Shown: positions 18,114 to 28,157 of the stretch, piece after piece
Layout: each line of letters starts with the position of its first letter
Numbering within the stretch: the stretch's first letter is position 1
Source of the DNA: a virus
Reading direction: 5' to 3' (one strand)
Length of the DNA stretch: 64,000 bases
Virus record (IMG/VR): IMGVR_UViG_3300025070_000019
Span: 32,642-96,641 of that record
Notes under the pieces: model-generated
Database searches by the model: none
What the model saw: the letters and a program-made list of their open reading frames with translations, nothing else
Told to the model about the DNA's origin: nothing
Program-made: the position numbers and the translations under genes

Positions 18114-19253
18114 TGTTTTAACAAAGCGCATTCAGTTAGCTATTCTATGTTAACTTATATTAGTGCTTATCTAAAAACTCACTACCCTGTTTACTTTTTT
18201 ACTGCTTTGATGTCTACTCGATCTAAAACTTTACAACCTAAATCATGGGCTGTTAAAGCTCCTGAATATGTATTGGAAGCAAAAAAATTTAATATAGATA
18301 TAAATACTCCTAGTGTTAATAAATCAGGTTATGAATTTACTATCTTTAATAATGAAGTATACTTTGGGTTAAATGCTATAAGAGACGTAGGTAAAACAGC
18401 AGCTAAAAGTATTATCAAAGCGAGAAAGAATGTCCCATTTAAAGACATTCTTGATTTTGTCGAACGTGTTAACTTGCAAAAAGTAAATACTAAAACTTTT
18501 GAAGCATTAGCCTATGCAGGTGCTTTTGATAGAATGGGTTACTCTCGTAAAGAGCTTATAGAAAAAACTTCTGAAATATATTCCTATATAAGAGATTTAG
18601 AAGATTATCGACAACGTAAAATAGATGCAGCTGCTAGACGAGAAAAAAATGCTCGCAATACACCTTTAATAGAAAGACGTAACTTTTTACGTAAAGAAAT
18701 AAAAAAAATAAACAATCGTATCAATAAGGATAAAGCTAAAGAAGAAGACTTTGAGAATTTGACTGTGTATGAAAATGAACTAGAACCTTTAGAAGACTTA
18801 GGACTTAAGAAACTAGTTGATCTTAAAGAAAAAGAAAGACCTGTTTTTCCTGAGTTAAAACGCAATAGTTCTGTTGAGTTAGATCTTCAGGATATAACTC
18901 AACAAGCACACTACATTGGCTGTTACTTAGGTGGACACCCTTTGCAATTTGTACAAGTAAGTGGTGTTTCTCAAATTATTTCATTAGATATCGGTGAAAT
19001 TGATACAATAGCTGGTGTAATATTAGGCATTCGTGAGATTACTACTCGTAAAGGCAAAAAAATGGCTGTTATAGATGTAAACGACTCAACGAATACTACT
19101 GAAATAGTTTGTTTTCCTTCAACATGGTCTAAGATAAATAATATGAATTTAAAAACTGGTGATATAGTTAAAGCTAAAATCAAAGTAGAAGAGACAGATC
19201 CAGACTATAAAATGATATTATTCAGCTTAACTACTGTTGATCAAAATCAATAA
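18000..19253 (+). CDS. dnaE: Split intein C-half fused to DNA polymerase III alpha piece 3 (fingers end, HhH, OB fold)
   Basis: GAGG RBS, ATG 18000; ..ASN|CFNKAHSVSY..AYLKTHYP..PSVNKS..FGLNAIRDVG..AGAFD..GCYLGGHPL..TRKGKKMA. Confidence 0.95.
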   Translation: MKIVKKEFLGNQEVYDIGVSSNEDAHNFLLDNNLIASNCFNKAHSVSYSMLTYISAYLKTHYPVYFFTALMSTRSKTLQPKSWAVKAPEYVLEAKKFNIDINTPSVNKSGYEFTIFNNEVYFGLNAIRDVGKTAAKSIIKARKNVPFKDILDFVERVNLQKVNTKTFEALAYAGAFDRMGYSRKELIEKTSEIYSYIRDLEDYRQRKIDAAARREKNARNTPLIERRNFLRKEIKKINNRINKDKAKEEDFENLTVYENELEPLEDLGLKKLVDLKEKERPVFPELKRNSSVELDLQDITQQAHYIGCYLGGHPLQFVQVSGVSQIISLDIGEIDTIAGVILGIREITTRKGKKMAVIDVNDSTNTTEIVCFPSTWSKINNMNLKTGDIVKAKIKVEETDPDYKMILFSLTTVDQNQ

Positions 19254-19263
19254 GGATCAATTT

Positions 19264-20325
19264 ATGAGATGGACTCCTGAAGAAGAATATTTACTTAGAA
19301 CTAATTTAAATTTAAATAATCAAGAAATAGCTTCTTTAATACAAGAAAAATATAATTCTAAAGTTGCTGGTTTTCCAATAATCAGAACTCCTCATGCTGT
19401 AAGAACTAAGATATATAGAGAAAGTTTAACTAAAGACTCTAAAAACACTTACAATGATGCATGGGATTATATAGTTAAGGTAGCAAAAGAATACAGAGCT
19501 AATTCTGTTAAACATGATGCTGGCTTAACTCGAAACAAAGAATGTAAAATAGTTTCCTTTAGTGATTTACATATACCATTCTTCAATTGGGAAGATATGA
19601 AAACTGCTTTAAATGATCACAAAGATGCTAACATAATTGTTTTAAATGGTGATATATTAGACGCTTATATTTTTAGTACTTTTAGTAAAAGTAAGAATAT
19701 AGCTGCATTAAAAGAATATAAAGTAGCTTTTGATTTAGTTCACTTTCTAAGTGATAGTTTTGAAAAAGTAGTTTTAGTATCCGGTAATCATGATTACCGA
19801 ACAACCAGAGCACTTAAAACCTCTGGTTTTTCAGACGAAGCTTCTAAAGTGTATCGTCCTGATTTATTATTTAGAATTGCAAATGGCGAAAAATTAGATA
19901 ATTATGGAAATTTAGAAGAAAAATTAAATTTCAATAATGTACATTATGATGTATACGATTCTTGGTATAGCATTATTGGCAAAACAATATTCTGCCATCC
20001 ATCTGGTTTTGGTTCTAAATATCCTGGAGCTACAGTAGTAAAACTTTTAGATCACTTTATACATAGAATGGAACCAAGTAGTTTTGATTCTATTGTTGTA
20101 GGACATACACATAAAGTGTATAAAGGTATAGTCTCCAATAAGATGCTTATTGAGCAAGGTGCTATGTGCCATAAATTACCTTATCAGTTTCGTGCTGATT
20201 TAAAATTTAAAAATGCAATGAATGGTTACGCTGTTGTCTACCAAGATGCAGATGGTAACACTAACTTTAATGATAGTGGATCTATTTATTTAGGTTCACA
20301 TTTACCTGTTAAGAAGGGAATATAA
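19264..20325 (+). CDS. Calcineurin-like metallophosphoesterase with an N-terminal Myb/HTH-like segment
   Basis: SDLH, NGDILD, GNHD, H, GHTH motifs; N-terminal RWTPEEE; AAGGA RBS before ATG 19264. Confidence 0.85.
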   Translation: MRWTPEEEYLLRTNLNLNNQEIASLIQEKYNSKVAGFPIIRTPHAVRTKIYRESLTKDSKNTYNDAWDYIVKVAKEYRANSVKHDAGLTRNKECKIVSFSDLHIPFFNWEDMKTALNDHKDANIIVLNGDILDAYIFSTFSKSKNIAALKEYKVAFDLVHFLSDSFEKVVLVSGNHDYRTTRALKTSGFSDEASKVYRPDLLFRIANGEKLDNYGNLEEKLNFNNVHYDVYDSWYSIIGKTIFCHPSGFGSKYPGATVVKLLDHFIHRMEPSSFDSIVVGHTHKVYKGIVSNKMLIEQGAMCHKLPYQFRADLKFKNAMNGYAVVYQDADGNTNFNDSGSIYLGSHLPVKKGI

Positions 20326-20326
20326 A

Positions 20327-20659
20327 ATGTCTGAAGAAATAAAAGATATTGAACTTGATGAAGAAGTAGCAAAACAAAATGTACCTTTGGGCTTTTTGCT
20401 TTCACTGACAAAAGCTTTAGAAAGTAGAGTTGATTATAACTTTAATAATCTAATTCAACTTTCTCTTTTAATTGAATTCTTATATGAATCTTTAGAAAAA
20501 CAAGGAATTAAAATTCCTTTAGATAAAGACTTTGAAAATTTTCAAGAAAAACGTTTAAAAGAAATTAAAGAAGAATTTGATAAACATGTCAAAGAAGAAG
20601 TTCAAAGCTTTGAAGAAAAAGTTGAACAAGAATCTAGCATTGACCTTAAGGATGACTGA
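20327..20659 (+). CDS. Acidic hypothetical protein
   Basis: 110 aa, coupled to its neighbours. Confidence 0.7.
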   Translation: MSEEIKDIELDEEVAKQNVPLGFLLSLTKALESRVDYNFNNLIQLSLLIEFLYESLEKQGIKIPLDKDFENFQEKRLKEIKEEFDKHVKEEVQSFEEKVEQESSIDLKDD

Positions 20660-21690
20660 TGTCTTGGTCTTTTATAAAACATGTAACTAATCACTTAGCT
20701 AGACCTGGCTTAAGTGAACAAAAAGCACCAACTTTATGGCCTAGTTCTGCTACAGCTATTAAAGATGGTAAAGTAATAGGAAAATGTCGTAGACAGGCTT
20801 ACTTTAGGTATTTAAAAGATTCATATTATTTTTATAATAAATATGATCATTTAGAAAATCTAGTAAAATATATTGAAGAAAAAGAATCACCAATTGCTTT
20901 GTACACTAGATGGATATGGCAACAAGGTGAACTTTATGAAGATTACTGCACTAATTTAGCTAAAGAATCTGGTGTATTTGTAGCAACTCAAACTTCTGTA
21001 TATGTTCCTGGTTACAATATTTCAGGTAAAATTGACTTAATTGTTGTCAATCCTGAAACAACTAAACTGCATATCGTTGAAGTTAAATCCGTTTATGGAT
21101 TTAACGCTAACTCAGTGTTGGGTACAGAAGCTCAACAACGCAAAGGAAATTTAGGCCAACCTAGAGATTCACATCTTATGCAACTAGGTTTATATCAATG
21201 GTGGTATGGCAACAATGACGATCGTTTTGCTGAAGGCCTACTAGTATATGGTGCTAGAGATACAGGCAGATTTGCTGAATACAAACTAACTGTAGAGAAA
21301 GTAGATGATAAAGATTATATTTTTTATCAAGGTCATACACCAATAACTACATCTAAAGTTAATTCTGGAATTAGCATTCAAAGTATTTTAGACAATTACA
21401 AATATTTAAATTCTGTAAGAGATACTAATGAAATTCCGCCTAAAGACTATGAGTTGTTTTATAGTGAAGATAAAATAGAACAACTTTATAATGATGGTTT
21501 GTTATCTAAAGCTGATACTGCTCAATTTGAAAAACGTAAACAACAGTTAGCTGAAGGTAAAAAACGAGTTGTTAAAGCTGTTGAAAAAGGCGATTGGCAA
21601 TGTCGTTTTTGTCAGTATAAAACAATTTGTTACAATGAAGACAATAATCCTTTTGATATTGAAAGTATGATTGATGAATCCAACATATAA
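20659..21690 (+). CDS. Cas4/RecB-like PD-(D/E)xK exonuclease with Fe-S cysteines
   Basis: KCRRQAYF, GKIDLIV..VEVKS, QLGLY, CRFCQYKTIC. Confidence 0.85.
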   Translation: MSWSFIKHVTNHLARPGLSEQKAPTLWPSSATAIKDGKVIGKCRRQAYFRYLKDSYYFYNKYDHLENLVKYIEEKESPIALYTRWIWQQGELYEDYCTNLAKESGVFVATQTSVYVPGYNISGKIDLIVVNPETTKLHIVEVKSVYGFNANSVLGTEAQQRKGNLGQPRDSHLMQLGLYQWWYGNNDDRFAEGLLVYGARDTGRFAEYKLTVEKVDDKDYIFYQGHTPITTSKVNSGISIQSILDNYKYLNSVRDTNEIPPKDYELFYSEDKIEQLYNDGLLSKADTAQFEKRKQQLAEGKKRVVKAVEKGDWQCRFCQYKTICYNEDNNPFDIESMIDESNI

Positions 21691-22768
21691 TAGAAATCAT
21701 AAGCTTTTTACTAGAGAAAACTTATCTACTAATGATGTTTTATTAAAGCCTAAAACAGGCATTTTAGATACTCGCAGTAAAGCTATAATTGATACTTCTT
21801 ATATATATAGTAGTCCTATGGATACTGTCACAGATATTGAATTAACCCATGAGTTTGTCAGTAATAAACAAAATGCTGTATTCTGTCGTTTTCTTTCGAT
21901 AGAAAAACGACAGAAAGCTCTTGATTTGTTTAGTAGTAATCCTTGGTTTTGGTATTCTGTAGGTTCTTCAGAAGAAGATTTTGAATTCTTAAAACATTAT
22001 TTTTCTAAAGAAAAAACTGCAAGAGAATCAGTTAACATATGTATTGATGTTGCACATGGAGATACAGTGCATCTTGTAGAAGTATATAAGAAATATGCTT
22101 CTGAATCATGGTGTTCTAACCTTATGTCAGGAACTATTGCTAATGAAGAATCTGCAATTCCACTTGTACAAGCTGGGTGCACTCATTTACGTATTGGTAT
22201 TGGACCTGGTAGTGCTTGCAGCACTAGGATTGTTACAGGTTGTGGTATACCTAATTTAACTGCTGTATTTAAAATACATGATATTTTAACTGTATGTAAT
22301 CTTAGAAATAATGTTACATTAATTGCAGATGGTGGCATTAAAGAAACTGGCGATATAGTTAAATATTTATGCGCTGGTGCTGATGCTGTTATGCTAGGTA
22401 GTATGCTTTCTACATTAAAAGAAAGCGCAGGTTGGATGCCAACTAAGCTTTATAAAATTTTTAAATACATTTGGTATTTCGATTACAATAAAAGATATTA
22501 TAAATATTACAGAGGTCAAGCTTCTTATGAATTTCAGATTGAACGTCGCGGTTTAGTCAATGGAGTTCCAGAAGGAGTACAATCTCAGAAAAGATTGTAT
22601 CCTTCTATTGACGCAAAAACCTTTTTAAGTAATTGTAATTCAGCTATAGCATCTGCTATTTCATATCTAGGTACAAATCAAATAACTGATTTGAATCCTA
22701 ATAATGTTGAATTTTTAAAGATTACGCAAAATGGATTTATTGAAAGTAAACCCCATATCTTATTATAA
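21674..22768 (+). CDS. IMP dehydrogenase / GMP reductase family protein (no CBS domains)
   Basis: SSPMDTVT, IDVAHG, GIGPGSACSTR (catalytic Cys), IADGGI, GADAVMLGS, YRGQAS, PEGV. Confidence 0.9.
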   Translation: MNPTYNRNHKLFTRENLSTNDVLLKPKTGILDTRSKAIIDTSYIYSSPMDTVTDIELTHEFVSNKQNAVFCRFLSIEKRQKALDLFSSNPWFWYSVGSSEEDFEFLKHYFSKEKTARESVNICIDVAHGDTVHLVEVYKKYASESWCSNLMSGTIANEESAIPLVQAGCTHLRIGIGPGSACSTRIVTGCGIPNLTAVFKIHDILTVCNLRNNVTLIADGGIKETGDIVKYLCAGADAVMLGSMLSTLKESAGWMPTKLYKIFKYIWYFDYNKRYYKYYRGQASYEFQIERRGLVNGVPEGVQSQKRLYPSIDAKTFLSNCNSAIASAISYLGTNQITDLNPNNVEFLKITQNGFIESKPHILL

Positions 22769-23444
22769 ATATCTTTTAATTGGAGACTCTTTTTTAGATT
22801 TTTATTTTGATGATAAAATAAAAGTTTTTTATGGAGGAGTTTTAAATGTTAAAAAAAATATTGAAATAATAAGTTCAAATAAATTTGAATTAAAAACATC
22901 TCAAAAACCAAAGTGTTTAAATTTTTTTAAAAAAAATAAAAAAATATTTTCTAAAATAAATTCAAAAGAAATAATTAATAACGAAACAATTTTTACTAAA
23001 GTAACTACAATAAGCGATTACAACAAAGGTTTTTTACATAATAATGTAAAAGTTCATGCTCGTATATTAATCGTAGACTCAAAGTATTGTTCTTTATTAA
23101 GAGACTATATCGTACATGCTAAAGTTAAAATTCTTAAACTCGCATCTACAGATGTTTTTAATACTGAGTTTATAGAACTATTTGATTATCTTATAGTGAC
23201 TTACTCAACACATGTTAATTTATTTCACAAAGGTAATTTAATTTATTCTTGCAAAGTTAAAAATAATTTACCTATATGCACTATAGGTGCTGGAGATGTG
23301 TTTATCGGATCTCTCACTTCTTATTTATATAATTGTTTTAAACAGTTTCAACTGTCAGATTTAATTTCCGCTATAGATTTTGCAACATATTATGCTTCTG
23401 AATCTGTAGCTACCTCTTTCACTTGTCGAATAAAGGAAATTTAA
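22731..23444 (+). CDS. PfkB-family sugar kinase, HldE/RfaE kinase-domain-like (divergent)
   Basis: IGDSFLDFY, GGVLNV, SDYNKG, VDSK, TIGAGDVF. Confidence 0.75.
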   Translation: MDLLKVNPISYYKYLLIGDSFLDFYFDDKIKVFYGGVLNVKKNIEIISSNKFELKTSQKPKCLNFFKKNKKIFSKINSKEIINNETIFTKVTTISDYNKGFLHNNVKVHARILIVDSKYCSLLRDYIVHAKVKILKLASTDVFNTEFIELFDYLIVTYSTHVNLFHKGNLIYSCKVKNNLPICTIGAGDVFIGSLTSYLYNCFKQFQLSDLISAIDFATYYASESVATSFTCRIKEI

Positions 23445-23446
23445 AA

Positions 23447-25936
23447 ATGTATATAACAGATATTGACGAGGTAGTTTCTTTACTAAGAGAGAAACTACCT
23501 GAGTATCTACAAATTAAACTTGGTAAGGATTTTGATCCTTACAAAAAATTTGTTTGTTTTGCTCATGATGATACTAATCCTAGTATGTCATTGAATCCTA
23601 AAACAGATAATCAAACAGTTAAATGTTTTAGTTGCGGTTATTACGGTGATATCTTTTCTGTAGCCAATCACTTTGACAACTTACCTACTAATGGTGCTGA
23701 ATGGCTCACTGTTACCATTCCATCTCTTTGCGACACCTTGGATATACCTTACTCTCCAGGTGCCCTCACACCGCAACAGAAAGAACGTATTTCTTTATAT
23801 AAATTAGCTGAAGATATTAGTAATATATTGGCTTCTCAAAAGATGAGTGAAAACAGCTATATTAAGGATCGCAATTGGATTCAACCTTATTTAGGTTTAG
23901 GTTCTATCGATCAAGAAGTTATTTTAGAGCAACTTCTTGATCTTGGCTGGTCTTCTTCATTTATTAATGATAGTTCGTTTATTAAAACTAAGTATCAATC
24001 TTTTTTTGGTAAAGATAAAATTACTTTCCCTATTAGAGATCATCTTAAAAGAACTATTGGTTTTATCTGTCGTAATGAATTATCAGAACAAGATAATACT
24101 ATACCTAAATACGTTAATACTCCAGAAAGCGATTTGTATAAAAAATCAAAAGCTCTTATGGGTATTGACGTGGCATACAGAGATGCAAAGAAGTATGGTC
24201 TATACATCGTAGAAGGCCCTGGTGACCTCATGCAGCTCTACCGTTTAGGTATTAAAAATGCTGTAGCTGTTTGTGGTACTGCATTTACTGAATCTCATTT
24301 ATTGTATTTAAAACAAATAGGTATTAAAAAGATTTACCTTTGTTTTGATTGGGACCAAGCAGGATTTGCTGCTACCCATCGTGTATTAGAAAATATACTT
24401 AAAGTTACTTCTGGTATCAATGCTTTTGTAGTAGAAGGTCCTGAAGGCTTTAAAGATCCTGATGAGTATTTATTTGACAAAGACGACGCTAGTCATTTTC
24501 ATAACTTAACACGTTTAACTGCCTTTCAATGGCAGTTAAACTCATTTGGTCAAAATGAAACGCCTGACTACATCTGTCAAAAAATGATACCTATTATTGC
24601 TTCTGAAGAAACAGCAGTCAAAAGAGATTTACTTGTAAAGGAGTTAGCTCAACATACTTCTGTATCTACGTCTTCTATTCATTCAGACGTTAACTCTATT
24701 AGAAATAATAGATTCTCAGAGCGTTTAGATAGAATTAAAACTGTATCTGAATCACATCTTAGATCTGTAATGGATGACCCTGATAATGTTAGGACTCATA
24801 TTGCTTCTTATGAACAGTCTTTAGATTACATTGAAAAAGAATTTAAAACAGATACTATTGGTATTAATTACCAAGTGTCACGTTTCGATGCTATGCAAGA
24901 ACTTAGAACACTTGCAGCAGATGATGAAAATTCAACATCTTTTAAAATGGACTATTTTAAAGATTTTTCTAATAATATGAATGGGGGTATGTCTTGGGCT
25001 AGTGGTGCACTTATGTATGTAGGTGGTCGTGCCAACTCAGGTAAGACTGCTACTTGTCTTATGATTGCTACTGATATTGCTATGAGTGATGAAAACGCTA
25101 CTGTTATTATTCACAGTACAGACGACTCATATGAACAAATCGAGCCACGTATTAAAACCAACATTTACAGAATGGCTTATCCTGATGGAGTTGCATTAAC
25201 TATTGGTATGGTAGTCCAACCTAATTTACACTTATCTGATATGCCTTATGAGTATACTAACGCTCATGAAGAAGCTAATCGTATATTTAAAGAGCTTATT
25301 GAAAAAGAACGTCTTGTTATTATCGATTCAGAAGATGGTGCTACATTATCTACACTAGAAAGAAATCTCAAACATTATCGTATGAGATTTCCTAATCGTA
25401 AAATTATGATGGTTTGTGACAATACTCACAATTATCTTGATTTTATGAATCTAGAACAATCTAGTAGAATGACAGCTATTTCTAATCAACAAAAGAATCT
25501 AACTGTTAAATATCATGCAGCTATGATTGCTACTGCTGAGTATCGTAAGAATATGCCAAAAGACAACTCTAAGTTGTCTTTACCTGTTGATGATGATCTA
25601 GCAGACGCAAGAGCTTTGATGTATAGACCTAACGTTATTTGGCATGTATACAATGATATGCATGATAGGAAACAACATGCCGAAATCTTTTGGCGTGATG
25701 AGGAAAATAATATGCGTCCTCGTTTATTATTACATTTTACAAAAAACAAAATTAGCGGATTTAAAGATAAACTTATTGTAGATCTTGATCCTTCTACTGT
25801 TTCTTTAAAACCTGTATCTGTTGATGATGCAACAAATGAAATACATCAATTTCAAGATTTAAAAGACTCTGGTCAAGTTAGATCTGATGGACGTAAAGTA
25901 ATATTTGTAGATAGTGAAGAATATAATGAAGAGTAA
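23447..25936 (+). CDS. DnaG-type primase fused to a DnaB-like (SF4) helicase
   Basis: CHC2 Zn finger CFAH..CFSC, KYVNTPES, TOPRIM VEGPGD and DWDQAG, Walker A GGRANSGKT. Confidence 0.9.
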   Translation: MYITDIDEVVSLLREKLPEYLQIKLGKDFDPYKKFVCFAHDDTNPSMSLNPKTDNQTVKCFSCGYYGDIFSVANHFDNLPTNGAEWLTVTIPSLCDTLDIPYSPGALTPQQKERISLYKLAEDISNILASQKMSENSYIKDRNWIQPYLGLGSIDQEVILEQLLDLGWSSSFINDSSFIKTKYQSFFGKDKITFPIRDHLKRTIGFICRNELSEQDNTIPKYVNTPESDLYKKSKALMGIDVAYRDAKKYGLYIVEGPGDLMQLYRLGIKNAVAVCGTAFTESHLLYLKQIGIKKIYLCFDWDQAGFAATHRVLENILKVTSGINAFVVEGPEGFKDPDEYLFDKDDASHFHNLTRLTAFQWQLNSFGQNETPDYICQKMIPIIASEETAVKRDLLVKELAQHTSVSTSSIHSDVNSIRNNRFSERLDRIKTVSESHLRSVMDDPDNVRTHIASYEQSLDYIEKEFKTDTIGINYQVSRFDAMQELRTLAADDENSTSFKMDYFKDFSNNMNGGMSWASGALMYVGGRANSGKTATCLMIATDIAMSDENATVIIHSTDDSYEQIEPRIKTNIYRMAYPDGVALTIGMVVQPNLHLSDMPYEYTNAHEEANRIFKELIEKERLVIIDSEDGATLSTLERNLKHYRMRFPNRKIMMVCDNTHNYLDFMNLEQSSRMTAISNQQKNLTVKYHAAMIATAEYRKNMPKDNSKLSLPVDDDLADARALMYRPNVIWHVYNDMHDRKQHAEIFWRDEENNMRPRLLLHFTKNKISGFKDKLIVDLDPSTVSLKPVSVDDATNEIHQFQDLKDSGQVRSDGRKVIFVDSEEYNEE

Positions 25937-26306
25937 AGATTACACAGGTTATTTACAAAACTTTGATATTATTAATAAGTCTTGGGGATTTGAAAAAATC
26001 TTTATAAATACCGATTTATACTGTACAAAAGAATTAAATATTTATGAAGGTTGTTCTACTTCTAAACATTATCATAAAGTGAAGCATGAAACATTTTATG
26101 TAGTACAAGGTGTTGCAAATATATCTTTGTATAAAAAAGATGGAAGTTTAAAAGAAACTTGCACTTTAAATGAAAAAGAAAGTTTTTGTATACAACCTGA
26201 TACATTACATTCAATTGAAAATGTTAGTTTCGGTAAAACATTAATTTTGTTAGAATCTTCTACGCAAGATAAACAATCAGATAATATAAGGTTAAAAAAT
26301 GTCTAG
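25926..26306 (+). CDS. Cupin, sugar-phosphate isomerase-like
   Basis: KSWGFE, SKHYHKVKHETFYV, PDTLH, LESST. Confidence 0.8.
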   Translation: MKSKDYTGYLQNFDIINKSWGFEKIFINTDLYCTKELNIYEGCSTSKHYHKVKHETFYVVQGVANISLYKKDGSLKETCTLNEKESFCIQPDTLHSIENVSFGKTLILLESSTQDKQSDNIRLKNV

Positions 26307-26586
26307 TGATAAAGATTTAGGTGTCTACCTACACAGTAAAAAAGTTTTCTATTACCTTGAAGCAGGCAATAGCTATATTGGTAATACAGTTGAAAGAGTA
26401 AGGAAAACTTTGATTCAAAGAGGCTATATTACTCCTGAAGTTGGAAATATTACTTCTGTAAATTATACTATATGTAGTATCAAAGAAGCTAAAATGAAAG
26501 ATTATGAAATGAAACCCATTTATCTTTCAAAACATATTCGTAAGCTTTACGAACAAACACAAGAATCTAAATCATCATTTAAATGA
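26299..26586 (+). CDS. Hypothetical protein
   Basis: 95 aa ORF in operon. Confidence 0.6.
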   Translation: MSSDKDLGVYLHSKKVFYYLEAGNSYIGNTVERVRKTLIQRGYITPEVGNITSVNYTICSIKEAKMKDYEMKPIYLSKHIRKLYEQTQESKSSFK

Positions 26587-26603
26587 TTTAAATAGGAGAT
26601 ATT

Positions 26604-26939
26604 ATGATTGAGCAAGTTTTAAAATTTTTAATTGCTTATAAAAAAGAACTTATTTATTTAGCTATTTTTTTAATAGGCTTTATTGCTGGAATTTCAATAT
26701 CTCCTACATGTGATAGAGATAGTATTTGTGAAGACGACATTAACGCTAAGAAAGCTGCTATCAAACAGCTAAATAAAAGACAAGCAGAACATATAGAAGA
26801 TCTTCGTAACAAAGAAGATTCTATGAAAAAAAAATGTGACAAAACTGTTGCTAAAGCATTAAAAGACAATAATATAAATTCTAGTGAGCTAGATTGTTTA
26901 ATTTGTGGAGGTATATTACAACAATGTATAAAAAAATAA
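26604..26939 (+). CDS. Membrane-anchored coiled-coil protein (i-spanin-like topology)
   Basis: N-terminal TM LIYLAIFLIGFIAGISI, coiled coil, several Cys; AGGAG RBS. Confidence 0.55.
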   Translation: MIEQVLKFLIAYKKELIYLAIFLIGFIAGISISPTCDRDSICEDDINAKKAAIKQLNKRQAEHIEDLRNKEDSMKKKCDKTVAKALKDNNINSSELDCLICGGILQQCIKK

Positions 26940-27409
26940 TATTTTTATTATTATCTTTATTTAGTTTATCTGTTAGTGCTGAAGGATTTAATTTAGGATT
27001 AAATCCTTCTACTTGGCAACCTCATTTTTTTGAATATGAATTAACTTCTACTTTTAAAATTGATAAGGTCGTTTATTTAAAACAAACAGTTCCTGCTCCA
27101 TTTGAAGGAATACTGTTGTATAAAGCTGATTTAGAAGACATTAAAACAGAAATGAATCGTATATCTAATAATGAAACAGATTGCATAGATGAACAACGTT
27201 TAATTTGCGATAAATTAATAGACACAATAAATGACGATTGTTTATCTTATAATGATCAACTTATAAAAGATAAAAAAGAACTTATAAAGAAGCTTAATTT
27301 AAAAACTAGTCAATATAAAAAACTACAATTTAAAACTACAGTTGCACTTGTAATCAGTGGCGTAATTGTAACAGCTTTAACAACATCGTTAGTTTATGGA
27401 ACGTTATAA
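26924..27409 (+). CDS. Signal-peptide protein with coiled coil and C-terminal TM
   Basis: MYKKIIFLLLSLFSLSVSA|EG; C-terminal VALVISGVIVTALTTSLVY. Confidence 0.6.
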   Translation: MYKKIIFLLLSLFSLSVSAEGFNLGLNPSTWQPHFFEYELTSTFKIDKVVYLKQTVPAPFEGILLYKADLEDIKTEMNRISNNETDCIDEQRLICDKLIDTINDDCLSYNDQLIKDKKELIKKLNLKTSQYKKLQFKTTVALVISGVIVTALTTSLVYGTL

Positions 27410-28157
27410 CGAAGATGAAGTAATTACAATCTCTTATTGCAATTACTTACATTATTTAGGCGGTAATATTAACAAGCTTTCTATAGCTCAATGTTTATTT
27501 AAAGATTTAATTTTAAAGTTAAATTATTTAATTTTAAAAAAAGAATTAAAAGATATAGATTTATTTTTAAATAACTATTTAAAAACTTTAATTAAAAAAT
27601 ACTACTCAGATATAAACACAATTGATGATTTAGGTTATTTACACTCTTTTTATAGTCAATTGTTTTTTAAGTATATTGACTTATTTCCAACAGAAAAATA
27701 TATGCCTGGTTTTGTAGATTACAAACCTGTAGTAAAAATGGATGATATTGAATTAAAATTAAATTTAGATCTTATTTTAATACAACAAAATAAAGACGCA
27801 TACTATCATCTTATATGTTTTGCAAAAGATTTAGATGAATTTAATATAAAAAATAACCCATTGAATTACTTTAAATTAAAGATATTAAGAAAAATACATA
27901 CTAAACAAAAACGTAGAAGAGAACCAGTTAAGATGCATTTCTTATATATTCCTACTCCTACATTTAGAAATCGCAATCAACGCGACTATAGATTAAAACA
28001 TATAACAATAGACCTAGAAGATTACAAAGAAGTAAATACGGATAATTTTAAATCTTTATTTAAAGATTACAAAAAAAGAAAACCTAAACCTAGATTTTAC
28101 TGTAATGAAAAAAACTGTATAAAAAGAAAGGAGTGCTTAAATGCCAACTTACGGTGA
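27396..28157 (+). CDS. Hypothetical protein, possibly a degenerate Cas4-like/PD-(D/E)xK fold
   Basis: N-terminal Cys, LNLDLIL, C-terminal C..C..C; no clear ExK. Confidence 0.45.
   Translation: MERYNEDEVITISYCNYLHYLGGNINKLSIAQCLFKDLILKLNYLILKKELKDIDLFLNNYLKTLIKKYYSDINTIDDLGYLHSFYSQLFFKYIDLFPTEKYMPGFVDYKPVVKMDDIELKLNLDLILIQQNKDAYYHLICFAKDLDEFNIKNNPLNYFKLKILRKIHTKQKRRREPVKMHFLYIPTPTFRNRNQRDYRLKHITIDLEDYKEVNTDNFKSLFKDYKKRKPKPRFYCNEKNCIKRKECLNANLR

Noticed and set aside
20659-21690. CRISPR-Cas locus
   Set aside because: Cas4-like gene is solo; no repeat-spacer array or other cas genes in the window
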